Shown here in pieces: positions 28,588 through 39,836 of a DNA stretch of 64,000 bases. How positions within the stretch are numbered: position 1 is the stretch's first letter; the number at the start of each line of letters is the position of its first letter. The notes beneath the pieces were generated by a model, which was given only the letters and a program-made list of their open reading frames with translations, searched no databases and was not told the DNA's origin. The stretch is from the NCBI GenBank assembly GCA_028280285.1, contig JANQMA010000042.1, forward strand, positions 3,572 to 67,571. The letters run 5' to 3'. The position numbers were made by a program, and so were the translations under genes. The stretch is from Candidatus Omnitrophota bacterium. Its GTDB lineage: Bacteria > Omnitrophota > Gorgyraeia > Zapsychrales > Zapsychraceae.

Positions 28588-29709
28588 ATGAAAATTCTAT
28601 GTATATTTTCAAAGGTATTAGGTGGTAAGACCGTTTCAGCGTATTTCCAAAATATTTTGGATAATATGACCGGTGTTAAACCAACCTATTTTTTTCTGGA
28701 GCCTGGAGATTATAGCAAATACAAGGTATCATCCATTAGCAAAGTGTTGGGCAGTACGGCTGAGACGCTGAGTGTGTTTAAACAAAAATGGCGTGCAGAA
28801 GGCATTGATACCAGCGGTTATGATGCGCTTTTCTTTCAAAGCTATGAACTGACTGCTCTTTTTCGAAAAGAAATTCAATCAATGCCTACTCTGATGCGTG
28901 TGGATACAACGCCGGTGTTGGCTCAAGGGTTAGTGCGTCAGGAGACTGATTCATTGTTTAAAAAATTGAGATCTCATGTGGCCCAGGTTTGGATGAATAG
29001 TGTTTACGGAAATATTTTCACACATATCGATCATATTTTAACCGCCACAGAGTGGGCAAAATCGTCTTTTGTTAGAGATTACAAAATTAATCCTGAAGCT
29101 GTTACTGTGTCTTATCCGGCGAGGGATTTGGATATTTGGAAGCCGCTTGCTAATAAGCCGGTTAACGGGCCTAAGGTACTTTTATTTGTCGGTAATGATT
29201 TTAAGCGTAAAGGAGGCGAATTTTTAATTAAACTTTATCAAAAGCATTTAAAAGGAAGATATAAATTGAGGATTATATCCAATGATGCCATGCTTACTAA
29301 GTTTGAGCAGATAGAAGGTGTTGAGATTCTGCGGGGGATAGGGCACCAGGATTTAGGGCATTTTATCAAACAATATCAAACAGCCGATGCCTTTATTTTT
29401 CCAACATTAAGAGAACAATTAGGCATAGTCTTAACCGAGGCATTATCAGCCGGCCTGCCTGTTGTGGCACGTAATGTTGGTGGGGCGGGGGATGTGGTAA
29501 AAAACGATTATAATGGCTATTTGCTTGATTATGAGGCAGACATAGATCAATGGGCGCGGGTGATCGATGCTGTATGTGAAAATGAGCAAAAACACCAGGA
29601 AATGTCAAAAAATAGCAGAAAATTGGCAGAGCAGATGTTTAATCGCAAAACTAATGCTGAAAATATTTGTCGGATAGTGTATTCTTTAGCAGGATACAAA
29701 GATGATTAA
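28588..29709 (+). CDS. GT4 glycosyltransferase
   Basis: FVGNDFKRKGG, EQLGIVLTEALSAGLP. Confidence 0.9.
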   Translation: MKILCIFSKVLGGKTVSAYFQNILDNMTGVKPTYFFLEPGDYSKYKVSSISKVLGSTAETLSVFKQKWRAEGIDTSGYDALFFQSYELTALFRKEIQSMPTLMRVDTTPVLAQGLVRQETDSLFKKLRSHVAQVWMNSVYGNIFTHIDHILTATEWAKSSFVRDYKINPEAVTVSYPARDLDIWKPLANKPVNGPKVLLFVGNDFKRKGGEFLIKLYQKHLKGRYKLRIISNDAMLTKFEQIEGVEILRGIGHQDLGHFIKQYQTADAFIFPTLREQLGIVLTEALSAGLPVVARNVGGAGDVVKNDYNGYLLDYEADIDQWARVIDAVCENEQKHQEMSKNSRKLAEQMFNRKTNAENICRIVYSLAGYKDD

Positions 29710-30493
29710 AGAAGGTCTGAAAAATTTGTTATGGCTTCTGCCTTATGAGATAAGGCGTTCGATAAGTATTCTTAAGAATTACGAATACTACCAGCTTTTA
29801 CAAACAAGACGTAAAACAGTTTACGCGGAAGGGTATTCCCTTAAAGGTTTTGATGAAAATAAGTGCATTTTTATTCATATCCCTAAAACGGCAGGCATAT
29901 CTTTATGTCAAAGTTTGTTTGGTAATTTTGGTCCCGGTCATTTAAATATTCAAACCTATCAACTCATATATAATAGAAATGAATTTGACAAATATTTTAA
30001 ATTTACTTTTGTAAGAAACCCATGGGATAGAGTTGTTTCTGCCTATTATTTTCTTAAAAAAGGTGGGCGGAGTGCTGCAGATCAAAAATGGGCAGATGAA
30101 AATTTAGCGCAATACAAAGACTTTGAGTCTTTTATCCTGGGTTGGCTTAATGCTGAAAATATTGATACATTTGCGCATTTTGTTCCTCAATACAAATATC
30201 TATGCAGTCCTTTAAGCAAGCATCCTATTGTAGATTTTCTTGGTTATTATGAGCATTTAGCGAGTGATTTTAAATACATATGCAATAAGATTGGAATTAA
30301 AGTTGACCTGCAAGAGTTGAATACTACCAAAAATGATCGGCGAGATTACAAAAATTATTATACAAATGAGACGAAACAGATTGTTGAAAAATTATACAAA
30401 AATGACATTGAGTTATTTGGTTACACATTTGATAATGCGTCACTACCGAGCCAACTAGCAAAGCGGGATAAGTTATATGTGGATAGAAATTAA
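29702..30493 (+). CDS. Sulfotransferase family 2 protein
   Basis: PAPS-binding FIHIPKTAG and FVRNPWDRVVSAY; DIELFGY. Confidence 0.92.
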   Translation: MIKEGLKNLLWLLPYEIRRSISILKNYEYYQLLQTRRKTVYAEGYSLKGFDENKCIFIHIPKTAGISLCQSLFGNFGPGHLNIQTYQLIYNRNEFDKYFKFTFVRNPWDRVVSAYYFLKKGGRSAADQKWADENLAQYKDFESFILGWLNAENIDTFAHFVPQYKYLCSPLSKHPIVDFLGYYEHLASDFKYICNKIGIKVDLQELNTTKNDRRDYKNYYTNETKQIVEKLYKNDIELFGYTFDNASLPSQLAKRDKLYVDRN

Positions 30494-33359
30494 GCGCATC
30501 ATACAAGTTTTATTAGTCGGAGCCGTTGTTTGTTTTGCGACAAACGCTTCTGCCCAAGGGTCGCAAAAAGCTGTTATTCAGTTTACGGTTAACGGAAAAA
30601 GTGATCCGCGCATCTTAAATACGGGTAATCCTATTACATTGTACCGTGTTGAAAATTCTAAAAGGGTCTCAACAGGTATAAAATCTCCGATTTCACCTAA
30701 ATCGTCTGTTGAATTTGATTTACCGGATACAAAAAGCAAATACCTGCTGCAATTTTCCATTGCGGGAAGTAGTACACCCGTATTCAGTAAGCCTATTCAG
30801 CCCGGGTTTCAAAAACTTGATTTGCCCATTGCGCATATTAAATTACAGGGTGATCAATCTACTCTGAGTGAATATGTGAATAAAAACGTCTATCTATTTA
30901 CCAAAGATAGCGGTAAGTACAAAAATTTATGGCAGAAATCTAAAATATTTAAGACGGGTGAGTTTTTTATTTATCTTCCCGGTGATGCTGATTATGTAGC
31001 AGGGGTTGAGCTTAAACACCGCCAATACCTGTATTCCGGGCCGCTTAAGGCCGGGGTTCAAAAGTGGGATCCTAAGGCAAACCGTCCTCCTGTGATCAAT
31101 ATTATTGAAAAACAGACTATTCATGCTGATGATAAGGTTAACATTAAATTAACCGCATCTGATATAGATAAAGACACACTTGAGCTGAAACTTTTACAAG
31201 CCCCGGACTTTGTTTTACTCAGGGATTGGCATGATAACGCAGGCTCTTTAGTTTTTCAACCAAAGGTCAAGGATAAGGGTAAATTTGAAATAATATATGG
31301 GGTTTCTGATGGAGAGCATTTAACAAAACATAGTTTTGAGCTTGTTGTTAGGGGGGCTCAAAATACAATCGCTGAAACGATTAATGATACTTTTTCCAAT
31401 ATTGTTGGCAAGAAAGAAAAGCATGGTCCGGCAATTTCAGCGATATGGGTTAATAATGGAGAAGACAAGGTAACACAAGATGAACTACGCAAATCAAAAG
31501 GGTATGATGTTACGAGTAGTGTGTGGGATGGCACAAACATTAAATTATTCGGCGCGCGTAATGAAATGGTTAATTTTAATCTTATTATCGAGGCCGCTAA
31601 GCACGATGCTGAAGAGGTTAGTGTTGAGCTTGATGGTTTAATTGGACCGGAAGGATTTGTTATTTCATCACGTCAAGCTAATAAAGATGACCCGTTTGAT
31701 TTTATTAATCGTAATATCGAATTATTTTTTGTCCGCTATCTACAAATTCTGGGTGTCAGCCAACTGGCGTATAATCCGCAGTACGATGAGCGGCATGTGC
31801 CGGCAAAATTACGGCTTCCTTTTTCCAGTAAAAATGGGAAGTCCAGAGGGAAATGGGAAAATAGGCCTAACGCCAATAAGTATTATCCCGATATTGCTGT
31901 TCCTTTAGAGGTGATAGGAAGTTTTCCTATTGCGGCCAAATCTAATCAAAGTATTTGGGCGGATATTTACATTCCGCGCAATGCGCCTGCAGGTACTTAT
32001 CACGGGACGGTTAAAGTATTTGAGTCCAATAAGCAATTTAAAGAAATTCCTCTTGCGCTTAAGGTCATTGATTTTACACTACCGGATGAATCGACAGCCA
32101 AAACAATGGTTTATTTTAATGAAGAAAATCTCAATGACAGATATTTTGGAAAAAAGTGGCCGATATTTGATCAAGAGCCGCTTGTACGCCAAAAACAAAT
32201 GGCCCAGGTTTGGTATAATCATCATAAGGTTGCCCATAGGCATAAGATTTCTTTAATTGATGATGGCAAGTCAATCAATCCCGGACGTATAGGTGATCAC
32301 CTGCCGTGGGGTAATGCAAAATGGATGCCGGTACTAAACGGGGAGCTTTTTACCGATCAGTATGGTTATCAAGGTCCCGGGGAAGGTGTGTCGAGTGGTG
32401 TTTACTCGATCGGAACATACGGAGGATGGAAAAGAGGCTGGGATGAAGAAAATAAAGAAGATCTGTGGAAAAAGTCTGACCTTTGGGTAACATGGTTTGA
32501 TGAGGTTTTTCCGAATGTGGAATATTTTCTCTATTTACTGGATGAGCCCAAAAGAGGCGCTTATGAAAAAGTTGAGCGTTGGGCTCGTTGGATTGATGAG
32601 AATCCTGGTCCAGGGAGGAGGCTTAAAACTTTAACAACGGGAAAACTGCAAGAAGTCTATTATCACATGCCGTCGGTTGATATTGCTTTTACATGGTGGG
32701 GTGATAAAGAAAAATATGCGCCTATTGTTATGGATTATTTAAAGAGCGGTAAGCCGTACTGGGCCTATAATGGGCACCGTCCGTGGGCGGGCAGTTATGC
32801 GATTGAAGATGAAGGTGTTGCTATGCGGACATGGGGATGGATTCAGTTTAAACATACAGTGGCCCGTTGGTTTTATTGGCAGGCAACGCATTACAAAAAT
32901 TCTTCCTATATCCGAGAAGAGACAAATGTGTTTGAAACGGCTTGTACATTCGGTCGTTGTAATGATAGTTGGAAAGATAAGTATGGCAAAACCGGGCATA
33001 ATTATAATAACGGGGACGGTGTTTTGTTTTATCCGGGGATTGAAAGGCGCTATCCGCAGGATAGTTATGGACTGTTAGGTCCGATTACTAGTTTGCGCCT
33101 TAAGCATTGGCGACGGGGTATTCAGGACCATGATTATTTAACTATGGCGGCACAATATGACCCTCAAAAAGTGAAGGGTATTGTGCAGCGCATAATCCCT
33201 AAGGTGCTTTGGGAAGTGGGTGTAACTGATCCCAAAGATCCCTCTTATGTGCATGCAGATATTAGTTGGTCGATTAATCCGGATGTATGGGAAAAAGCTC
33301 GACGTGAACTAGCAGAAATTATTATTAAAGGGCAAAGCAAGGATAATAAAAATGGATAA
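30477..33359 (+). CDS. Large secreted protein: Ig/cadherin-like domain plus DUF4091/GH123-like C-terminal region
   Basis: Signal peptide ending ASA; NRPPVI...ASDID repeat-type domain; [45 protein letters not shown]. Confidence 0.65.
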   Translation: MWIEIKRIIQVLLVGAVVCFATNASAQGSQKAVIQFTVNGKSDPRILNTGNPITLYRVENSKRVSTGIKSPISPKSSVEFDLPDTKSKYLLQFSIAGSSTPVFSKPIQPGFQKLDLPIAHIKLQGDQSTLSEYVNKNVYLFTKDSGKYKNLWQKSKIFKTGEFFIYLPGDADYVAGVELKHRQYLYSGPLKAGVQKWDPKANRPPVINIIEKQTIHADDKVNIKLTASDIDKDTLELKLLQAPDFVLLRDWHDNAGSLVFQPKVKDKGKFEIIYGVSDGEHLTKHSFELVVRGAQNTIAETINDTFSNIVGKKEKHGPAISAIWVNNGEDKVTQDELRKSKGYDVTSSVWDGTNIKLFGARNEMVNFNLIIEAAKHDAEEVSVELDGLIGPEGFVISSRQANKDDPFDFINRNIELFFVRYLQILGVSQLAYNPQYDERHVPAKLRLPFSSKNGKSRGKWENRPNANKYYPDIAVPLEVIGSFPIAAKSNQSIWADIYIPRNAPAGTYHGTVKVFESNKQFKEIPLALKVIDFTLPDESTAKTMVYFNEENLNDRYFGKKWPIFDQEPLVRQKQMAQVWYNHHKVAHRHKISLIDDGKSINPGRIGDHLPWGNAKWMPVLNGELFTDQYGYQGPGEGVSSGVYSIGTYGGWKRGWDEENKEDLWKKSDLWVTWFDEVFPNVEYFLYLLDEPKRGAYEKVERWARWIDENPGPGRRLKTLTTGKLQEVYYHMPSVDIAFTWWGDKEKYAPIVMDYLKSGKPYWAYNGHRPWAGSYAIEDEGVAMRTWGWIQFKHTVARWFYWQATHYKNSSYIREETNVFETACTFGRCNDSWKDKYGKTGHNYNNGDGVLFYPGIERRYPQDSYGLLGPITSLRLKHWRRGIQDHDYLTMAAQYDPQKVKGIVQRIIPKVLWEVGVTDPKDPSYVHADISWSINPDVWEKARRELAEIIIKGQSKDNKNG

Positions 33360-33969
33360 AGAAATACAAAAAAATATCATTCCTCATGATGCAATTATTA
33401 ATAAGAACCATCGACGGAAATTAAATCATCATGGATCAGCGGTATTATGGTTTACAGGATTATCAGGTTCGGGTAAATCTACCATCGCACATAATTTAGA
33501 GTCAGCTTTGTATGAACGTGAAGTAAGAACATATGTTTTGGATGGAGATAATGTGCGTACCGGGCTTAATAAGGGTTTGACTTTTTCTCCCGAGGACCGT
33601 AAAGAAAATATACGCCGTATTGGTGAGGTATCAAAATTATTTATGGATTGTGGAATCTTTTTGCTGACGGCATTCATATCACCCTATAGGGAAGACAGGC
33701 AATTTGTACGGTCCCTGGTTGAGTCAGGAGAGTTTATTGAGATTTATGTTAAGTGTCCAGTTGAGGTGTGCGAAAAACGTGATGTCAAAGGTCTTTATAA
33801 AAAGGCACGTGATGGTGAAATCAAGAATTTTACCGGAATCAGTGCGCCATATGAAGAGCCTGAGTCTGCTGAAATCTTAATCGATTCGGATGCGATGACA
33901 CTTGAAAAAAGTGTGGAAGTGATTATTGAATATCTGGAGCAGAATGGCTACTTGGAAATAAAGGGATAA
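33352..33969 (+). CDS. cysC: Adenylyl-sulfate kinase
   Basis: [39 protein letters not shown]. Confidence 0.97.
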   Translation: MDKEIQKNIIPHDAIINKNHRRKLNHHGSAVLWFTGLSGSGKSTIAHNLESALYEREVRTYVLDGDNVRTGLNKGLTFSPEDRKENIRRIGEVSKLFMDCGIFLLTAFISPYREDRQFVRSLVESGEFIEIYVKCPVEVCEKRDVKGLYKKARDGEIKNFTGISAPYEEPESAEILIDSDAMTLEKSVEVIIEYLEQNGYLEIKG

Positions 33970-34023
33970 AGGGATATTGGGTTAAAGGGTTGAGGGAATT
34001 TAAATTCTGTAGCCCTTAAGTCC
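33961..34023. repeat. Degenerate short-period repeat palindrome (AGGG-containing units)
   Basis: AAGGGATA AAGGGATA TTGGGTTA AAGGGTT GAGGG ... AGCCCTTA AGTCCTA. Confidence 0.45.
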
Positions 34024-34032
34024 TATTTTATT

Positions 34033-35148
34033 ATGAATATATTACATTTAAGAAGTAGTGGCGGGATGTTCGGCGCTGAGGGTGTTATTTTAAATCTTTC
34101 GCGTGAACTAAATGAGTTTGGACATAAAAATCATATTGTCTGCCTGCGTAATACCAAAAACCCACACACCGAACTGGTTGATGCGGCACACACCCTGGGT
34201 TTAAATGCTGAGGCTGTAGACTGCAAAGGGCGTATTGATTTTAAGGCGATTAAAGAAATACGTGCGATTATTGATGAGAAAAATATTCAGGTTATTCATT
34301 GTCATGATTATAAAGCAAATATGCACGGCGTTTTGGCGGCACCGGCCAATGTTAAAAAAATAGCGACGAATCATTTATGGACCAGTGAAACAATGCTTCT
34401 ACGGTTATATGAAATCATCGATGGTGTGATGGCCAATAGCTTTCATCGTGTGATCGGGGTATCTGATAAAATTACTATACAAGTAAGGCGGTATTTACTT
34501 GATAAAAAAAGAGCACAGACAATATATAATGGCATTGACCTTGATTACTATAGAAGCGATGGTAAGGCTACAGGAGTGTTGCGTACACAATCGGCCTTGA
34601 CCGATAAGCACTTTGTTTTAGGTGCGGTTGGGCGGTTGTCGGTGCAAAAAGGCTATCCTTATTTATTACAGGCTCTTAAATTATTAAAAGAGGAGTTTCC
34701 TCAATTAAGACTTATTTTTGTGGGTGATGGGGACCAGCGTGAAAAATTACAAGCTGAGGTGAAGCGTCTAGGGCTTGAAAACATGGTTTACTTTGCGGGG
34801 ATACAAAAAAATATGTTGGATGTCTATAGATCGGTTGATGTTTTAACGATGTCATCTATTGCCGAAGGGCTGCCGCTTGTATTGCTTGAGGCCTTGGCTA
34901 TGCGGTTGCCTGTTGTAGCAACAAAAGTTGGTGCTATCGGGAAAGTTATAGATAATCGGGTGACTGGCCTGTTGTGTGAGGCCGCAGATGTAAAGGTCCT
35001 TGCACAACAGATTAGATGTGTTATCCTTGATGAAAATTTACGCCAAACAATCACAGCAAATGGCCGCAAGCTTATGGAAGAAAAGCTGTCCTCAGAGGCC
35101 ATGGCGAGACAATATGAGCAGGTATATAATGAAGTATTGAACAATTAA
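34033..35148 (+). CDS. GT4 glycosyltransferase
   Basis: GGMFGAE, VGRLSVQKG, EGLPLVLLEALA. Confidence 0.92.
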   Translation: MNILHLRSSGGMFGAEGVILNLSRELNEFGHKNHIVCLRNTKNPHTELVDAAHTLGLNAEAVDCKGRIDFKAIKEIRAIIDEKNIQVIHCHDYKANMHGVLAAPANVKKIATNHLWTSETMLLRLYEIIDGVMANSFHRVIGVSDKITIQVRRYLLDKKRAQTIYNGIDLDYYRSDGKATGVLRTQSALTDKHFVLGAVGRLSVQKGYPYLLQALKLLKEEFPQLRLIFVGDGDQREKLQAEVKRLGLENMVYFAGIQKNMLDVYRSVDVLTMSSIAEGLPLVLLEALAMRLPVVATKVGAIGKVIDNRVTGLLCEAADVKVLAQQIRCVILDENLRQTITANGRKLMEEKLSSEAMARQYEQVYNEVLNN

Positions 35149-35151
35149 CTT

Positions 35152-35251
35152 GTGTTCAGTGTTCTAGATAGGCAAACCGATGAATGGTGTTCAGTGTTCT
35201 GATAGAGCACTGAACACGAAATTTCTAAATTTGGTAAGAACACAGAACACT
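35152..35251. repeat. Nested heptamer palindrome, unit GTGTTCA / GAACAC
   Basis: GTGTTCAGTGTTCT twice, then AGAGCACTGAACAC and AGAACACAGAACAC, forming inner and outer stems. Confidence 0.85.
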
Positions 35252-35264
35252 ATTTCTATATATT

Positions 35265-36458
35265 ATGAATATTTTATTCGTTACAAAAGAACTGCCGCAT
35301 CCGGTCAACAATGGCCATCGTATGCGTTCGATCAATATCTTAAAGGGTATTGCCGAAGGTAATACGATCGATATTGTCTGTATGGGGCAAGAAGATCAAA
35401 TGAGTGAGGCAAAAGTGGCATTAAAATCTTATTACCGCAATTTAATCGTTGTGCCGATGCGGCCGGATGATTTGCCCTATAAGCTGTGGACATTGATTAA
35501 AAGCATTTTCAGTTATCGCGCTTATTCTGTGCTACTGCGTCATTGCCAAAAAATGCGTACACTCATAGAAGAGCTTTGTGAGAATAATAATTATGATTGC
35601 ATTGTCAGCGATGGTATTCACATGATGGTTAATATTCCCAATACAGGGACAAAGACTATTTTATCCGAGCATAATATTGAATCGATGATTATTAAACGTT
35701 ATGCAGACGTGGCAACCGGTATTAAAAAATGGTTTGCTGATTTTGAACACCGTAAGATGAGTTCATACGAGGAGCTTACCTGGGCGCGAAGCGACGCTGC
35801 GTTTGTCTGTTCTGAAGATGATAAAAAATATGTGTGTGAGGTTATGCCGAGTGATGAGGTTTTTGTTGTGCCTAATGGAGTAGATGTTGACAATTATGAA
35901 ATCCGTAAAGGTGTAACAAAGGTAGCGAATAGTCTTATTTATACCGGTCTTATGGGATGGGCGCCGAATGAAGATGCTGTGTGTTATTTTGCCGAAGAGA
36001 TTTATCCGCTTATTAAGAAAGAAATACCGGATGCCCGGTTTTCGATTGTCGGGAAAGGGCCGAAGGAGCGTGTCATGGCTTTGGCCAATAAGGATCGGTC
36101 TATTCATGTTACAGGCTTTGTCGATGATATTCAAAAATATATGTGTGAAGCGGATGTATTTGTTGTGCCTATTCGTATCGGAAGCGGGACGAGACTAAAA
36201 ATACTTGAGGCTTTATCCCTTCAAATGACAATTGTTTCTACGTCAATAGGGTGTGAAGGTATAGAAGTTACTAACGGAGAAAATATTCTTATTAAAGACT
36301 CCCCACAGGGATTTGCCGATGCGGTGGTAGATGTTTTTAAAAACAGAGATAAATATAAAGATTTAGGCGTTAACGGACGAAAGCTAGTTGAAAAAAAATA
36401 TAGTTGGACGAAAGTCCGTCAGGATTTAAGTGAATATTTAAGACAATTAAATAATTAA
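35265..36458 (+). CDS. GT4 glycosyltransferase of the type common in PEP-CTERM EPS loci
   Basis: LPHPVNNG, EHNIES, WAPNEDA, PIRIGSGTRLKILEA. Confidence 0.9.
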   Translation: MNILFVTKELPHPVNNGHRMRSINILKGIAEGNTIDIVCMGQEDQMSEAKVALKSYYRNLIVVPMRPDDLPYKLWTLIKSIFSYRAYSVLLRHCQKMRTLIEELCENNNYDCIVSDGIHMMVNIPNTGTKTILSEHNIESMIIKRYADVATGIKKWFADFEHRKMSSYEELTWARSDAAFVCSEDDKKYVCEVMPSDEVFVVPNGVDVDNYEIRKGVTKVANSLIYTGLMGWAPNEDAVCYFAEEIYPLIKKEIPDARFSIVGKGPKERVMALANKDRSIHVTGFVDDIQKYMCEADVFVVPIRIGSGTRLKILEALSLQMTIVSTSIGCEGIEVTNGENILIKDSPQGFADAVVDVFKNRDKYKDLGVNGRKLVEKKYSWTKVRQDLSEYLRQLNN

Positions 36459-36469
36459 GGAAAAAACTA

Positions 36470-37828
36470 ATGAATATATGTATTGTTGGAACAGGTTATG
36501 TGGGTTTGGTTACAGGGACATGTTTGGCCGATTTTGGTCACACTGTTGTCTGTGTTGATAACAATAAAGAAAAAATTGATATGCTCAACAATGGCGGCAT
36601 TCCTATTTATGAAATCGGTCTTAAGGAACTTATCGATCGTAATGTTAAAGAAAAACGTTTAAGTTTTACAAATGATTTAAAAAAAGCGGTTGAACAGTCG
36701 ATTGCTGTTTTTATTGCCGTAGGGACACCGCCGAAGCAAGATGGTTCGGCTAACCTAGAATATGTTTTTGATGTTGCCCGGGAAGTAGCGCAGCACATTG
36801 ACGGATATAAAGTTGTAGTAACAAAAAGCACTGTGCCTGTTGGGACGGGCAAAAATGTTTATAAGATTATCAGTGAAGAATTGGACAAACGCACATCAGC
36901 TGACTACTTAAAAGACCATCCTGAGGAGTCGGGCAAGAAATTTAGATTTGATGTTGTCTCCAATCCTGAATTTTTGCGTGAGGGTTCAGCCATTGAAGAT
37001 TTTATGCGTCCGGATAGAGTCGTTATTGGATCAGAGTCGGATAGTGCGATCGCGATTATGCAGGATATTTACCGCCCGCTTTATTTATTTGAAACGCCGA
37101 TGGTTATAACGAACATTGAGACATCGGAATTAATTAAATACGCGGCGAATGCGTTTTTAGCGACGAAGATTTCATTTATTAACGAAATGGGACATTTATG
37201 CGAGCGGCTTGGCGGTACGATTGATGATTTGGCTAAAGGGATGGGGCTTGATAAACGGATTGGATCTAAATTTTTACATGTTTCGCCGGGTTATGGGGGC
37301 TCATGTTTCCCTAAGGACACAACGGCGGTTGTTGATATTGCTCGGAATGTCGATTTCGATTTAAAGGTGGTTCAGGCGGCTGTCGAAGCCAATCAGCGCC
37401 AGAAAGAGATGATGGTTGATAAAATTGAAGCGGCAATGGGCGGAAGCCTTGATGGCAAGACCATCGGTATCCTCGGACTTGCGTTTAAACCTAATACTGA
37501 TGATATGCGCGAAGCGGCCAGTATTACTATTATCGAGGGACTGAAGGAAAAAGGCGCTAAGGTGCAGACCTTTGATCCGGTGGCAATGGATGAGGCAAAA
37601 AAATGCATTGGGGACATTGATTATCTGGAAGATGCCTATGCTGTGGCGAAAGATGCTGATGCTATTGTACTTTTGACCGAGTGGAATGAATTTCGCATGC
37701 TTGACTTAGGTAAAATTAAGGAGCTTCTCAAAACTCCTGTTTTTGTGGATTTAAGAAATGTTTATGATGCTGAACGCATGAAGGCTTTAGGATTTGTTTA
37801 TGAATCTTTGGGGCGGGGGAAGATATAA
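36470..37828 (+). CDS. ugd: UDP-glucose 6-dehydrogenase
   Basis: GTGYVGL, KSTVPVGT, SNPEFLREG, GYGGSCFPKD, FKPNTDDMRE. Confidence 0.96.
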   Translation: MNICIVGTGYVGLVTGTCLADFGHTVVCVDNNKEKIDMLNNGGIPIYEIGLKELIDRNVKEKRLSFTNDLKKAVEQSIAVFIAVGTPPKQDGSANLEYVFDVAREVAQHIDGYKVVVTKSTVPVGTGKNVYKIISEELDKRTSADYLKDHPEESGKKFRFDVVSNPEFLREGSAIEDFMRPDRVVIGSESDSAIAIMQDIYRPLYLFETPMVITNIETSELIKYAANAFLATKISFINEMGHLCERLGGTIDDLAKGMGLDKRIGSKFLHVSPGYGGSCFPKDTTAVVDIARNVDFDLKVVQAAVEANQRQKEMMVDKIEAAMGGSLDGKTIGILGLAFKPNTDDMREAASITIIEGLKEKGAKVQTFDPVAMDEAKKCIGDIDYLEDAYAVAKDADAIVLLTEWNEFRMLDLGKIKELLKTPVFVDLRNVYDAERMKALGFVYESLGRGKI

Positions 37829-37836
37829 ATTACGCT

Positions 37837-39012
37837 ATGCCGGTACTTATCAATACATTTTGGACATTACTTGGCCTCATTGTCTATTGTTATTTTGGCT
37901 ATCCATTTTTAGTTAAGGCTTTATCTTATATTGTTGCCAAGCCGGTTGCCAAGGACGATTTCGAACCGGAGGTTTCTATCCTCATTTCTGCTTGGAATGA
38001 AGAAGATGTGATTAAGGGCAAGATTAATAATTTACTTGCGCTTGAGTATCCAAAAGAAAAGCTTGAAATTATCATCGGTGCCGACGGGTGTACCGATAAA
38101 ACGGTTGAGATCATTAACGCTGTAAACGATCCGCGTGTGCGCTGCATTGAATATGATCAGCGTCGGGGAAAGATGACCACACTGAATAAACTAGTTAAAG
38201 AAGCTAAATATGACTATATTGTTTTTACCGATGCTCGTCAGTTTTTTGATAAAAATGCGGTCAGACAACTTTTAGCGAATTTTTCTGATAAAAAAGTCGG
38301 TTGTGTTAGTGGGGAATTGCGTTTTTGGGAAAAAGAGGGCGCAACGGCTAAGGGAGTTAATTTGTATTGGCAATATGAAAAATTTATTCGCGCGCAAGAA
38401 AGTAAGCTTGGTTCGATGCTCGGGGCAACAGGTGCTATTTATGCGATCCGCAAAGAATTATTTAGAGAAATTCCCGAAAATATTGTTTTAGATGATATGT
38501 ATGTGCCTTTTAAAATAATTGAACAAAAATACCGTGCTATTTTTGATGAATCGGCTTTTGTGTATGATGAGGTTGCCGATAATCCAAACGAAGAATACCG
38601 GCGTAAAGCACGGACATTATACGGTAATTATCAGATGTTCGGTCAATTTGCCCATATGTTTAATCCGTTTACCAGCCCTATTGCTATTCAGTATTTTTCA
38701 CATAAACTGCTTAGGGTTTTGGTGCCCATATTTATGATCGTTTTGTTTGTGATTAACTTTTTTATGCTGAGTGAACCTCTTTACTGGATGATGATGGGGT
38801 TGCAAATTTTGTTCTACACAATGGCCGGGCTAGGTGTCTTGGCAAGAGGTAAAAAGCATGTTATCCTTAAAGTCATTTTAAAAATAGTGTACGTGCCTTA
38901 TGTATTTTGTTTATTGAATTTTTCAGCGCTTTCAGGATTGCTGCGATTTCTAAGAGGGCGTCAAGAGGTGACATGGAAAAAAGCGAGAACAGTTAATGCA
39001 AGGAATAGGTAA
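37837..39012 (+). CDS. GT2 glycosyltransferase with TM segments
   Basis: SAWNEE, DGCTD, FTDA, YWQYE, GATGAIYAIRK, LDDM. Confidence 0.9.
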   Translation: MPVLINTFWTLLGLIVYCYFGYPFLVKALSYIVAKPVAKDDFEPEVSILISAWNEEDVIKGKINNLLALEYPKEKLEIIIGADGCTDKTVEIINAVNDPRVRCIEYDQRRGKMTTLNKLVKEAKYDYIVFTDARQFFDKNAVRQLLANFSDKKVGCVSGELRFWEKEGATAKGVNLYWQYEKFIRAQESKLGSMLGATGAIYAIRKELFREIPENIVLDDMYVPFKIIEQKYRAIFDESAFVYDEVADNPNEEYRRKARTLYGNYQMFGQFAHMFNPFTSPIAIQYFSHKLLRVLVPIFMIVLFVINFFMLSEPLYWMMMGLQILFYTMAGLGVLARGKKHVILKVILKIVYVPYVFCLLNFSALSGLLRFLRGRQEVTWKKARTVNARNR

Positions 39013-39017
39013 TTTTT

Positions 39018-39836
39018 ATGATTAATGCTGCCAAAAAAAATTCAACACTCATTTTCATTTTTATCATTTTTCTTTTGGCCTATGTCCCGACGCTGCAGTG
39101 GATGTGGGATCGCTGGTGGGCGGCTGATTCCTATTATAGTCATGGGGTTTTAGTTCCTTTTGTGACCGCGTATCTTATTTGGCAGCTTAAAGATGAATTA
39201 GCTAACATAAAACAAAGTGAATCTAAATGGGGCATCGTTTTTATTATTATTGGTGTTTTGTTGCATTTAGTAAGTGCGCTATTTCGAGTATATTTCAGCT
39301 CAGGATTTGCGATGTTGATCGTTTTTATCGGGATAGCGTTATATTTTTATGGTTACGAAATTTGTAAAAGGCTTGCTTTTCCGATCTTTTTTCTTGCGTT
39401 TATGCTGCCCTTGCCAGAGGTTGCCATTGTTAATATCAGTTTTAAACTGAAGATGTTTGCTGCCGAGCTTGCAACTGTTGCACTTAATGGAATGAATATT
39501 CCGGCTATCCGTGAAGGAAGTTTAATTAAAATGCCGCATGCCTTTGTTGTTGTTGACGACGTGTGTAGTGGGCTCCGTTCACTTATTTCCTTAACCGCCT
39601 TAGGAAGTATTTTTGCCTATTGGCTTAAAGGACCGATATGGAAACGCGCCATTGTTTTTTTAACAACAATTCCGATTGCGATTATAACAAATATGCTGCG
39701 AGTGATTTTTTTGGCATTTGTCAGCGAAGTGTGGGGGGCTGAATATATCGATGGTTTTATTCATGACGCATCAGGCTTTGCTGTTTTCGCTATTGCATTT
39801 GTGATGTTGTATGTGGTTAATAAAGTGATTGAATAA
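39018..39836 (+). CDS. epsH: Exosortase (EpsH family)
   Basis: YSHG, catalytic C (DVCSGLRS), R (NMLRV) and H (FIHD); 8 TM helices. Confidence 0.95.
   Translation: MINAAKKNSTLIFIFIIFLLAYVPTLQWMWDRWWAADSYYSHGVLVPFVTAYLIWQLKDELANIKQSESKWGIVFIIIGVLLHLVSALFRVYFSSGFAMLIVFIGIALYFYGYEICKRLAFPIFFLAFMLPLPEVAIVNISFKLKMFAAELATVALNGMNIPAIREGSLIKMPHAFVVVDDVCSGLRSLISLTALGSIFAYWLKGPIWKRAIVFLTTIPIAIITNMLRVIFLAFVSEVWGAEYIDGFIHDASGFAVFAIAFVMLYVVNKVIE

Noticed and set aside
36870-36945. About 20-aa charged insertion in Ugd as an intein or mobile insert
   Set aside because: Too short, lacks intein terminal motifs, and lies in a variable loop before SNPEF
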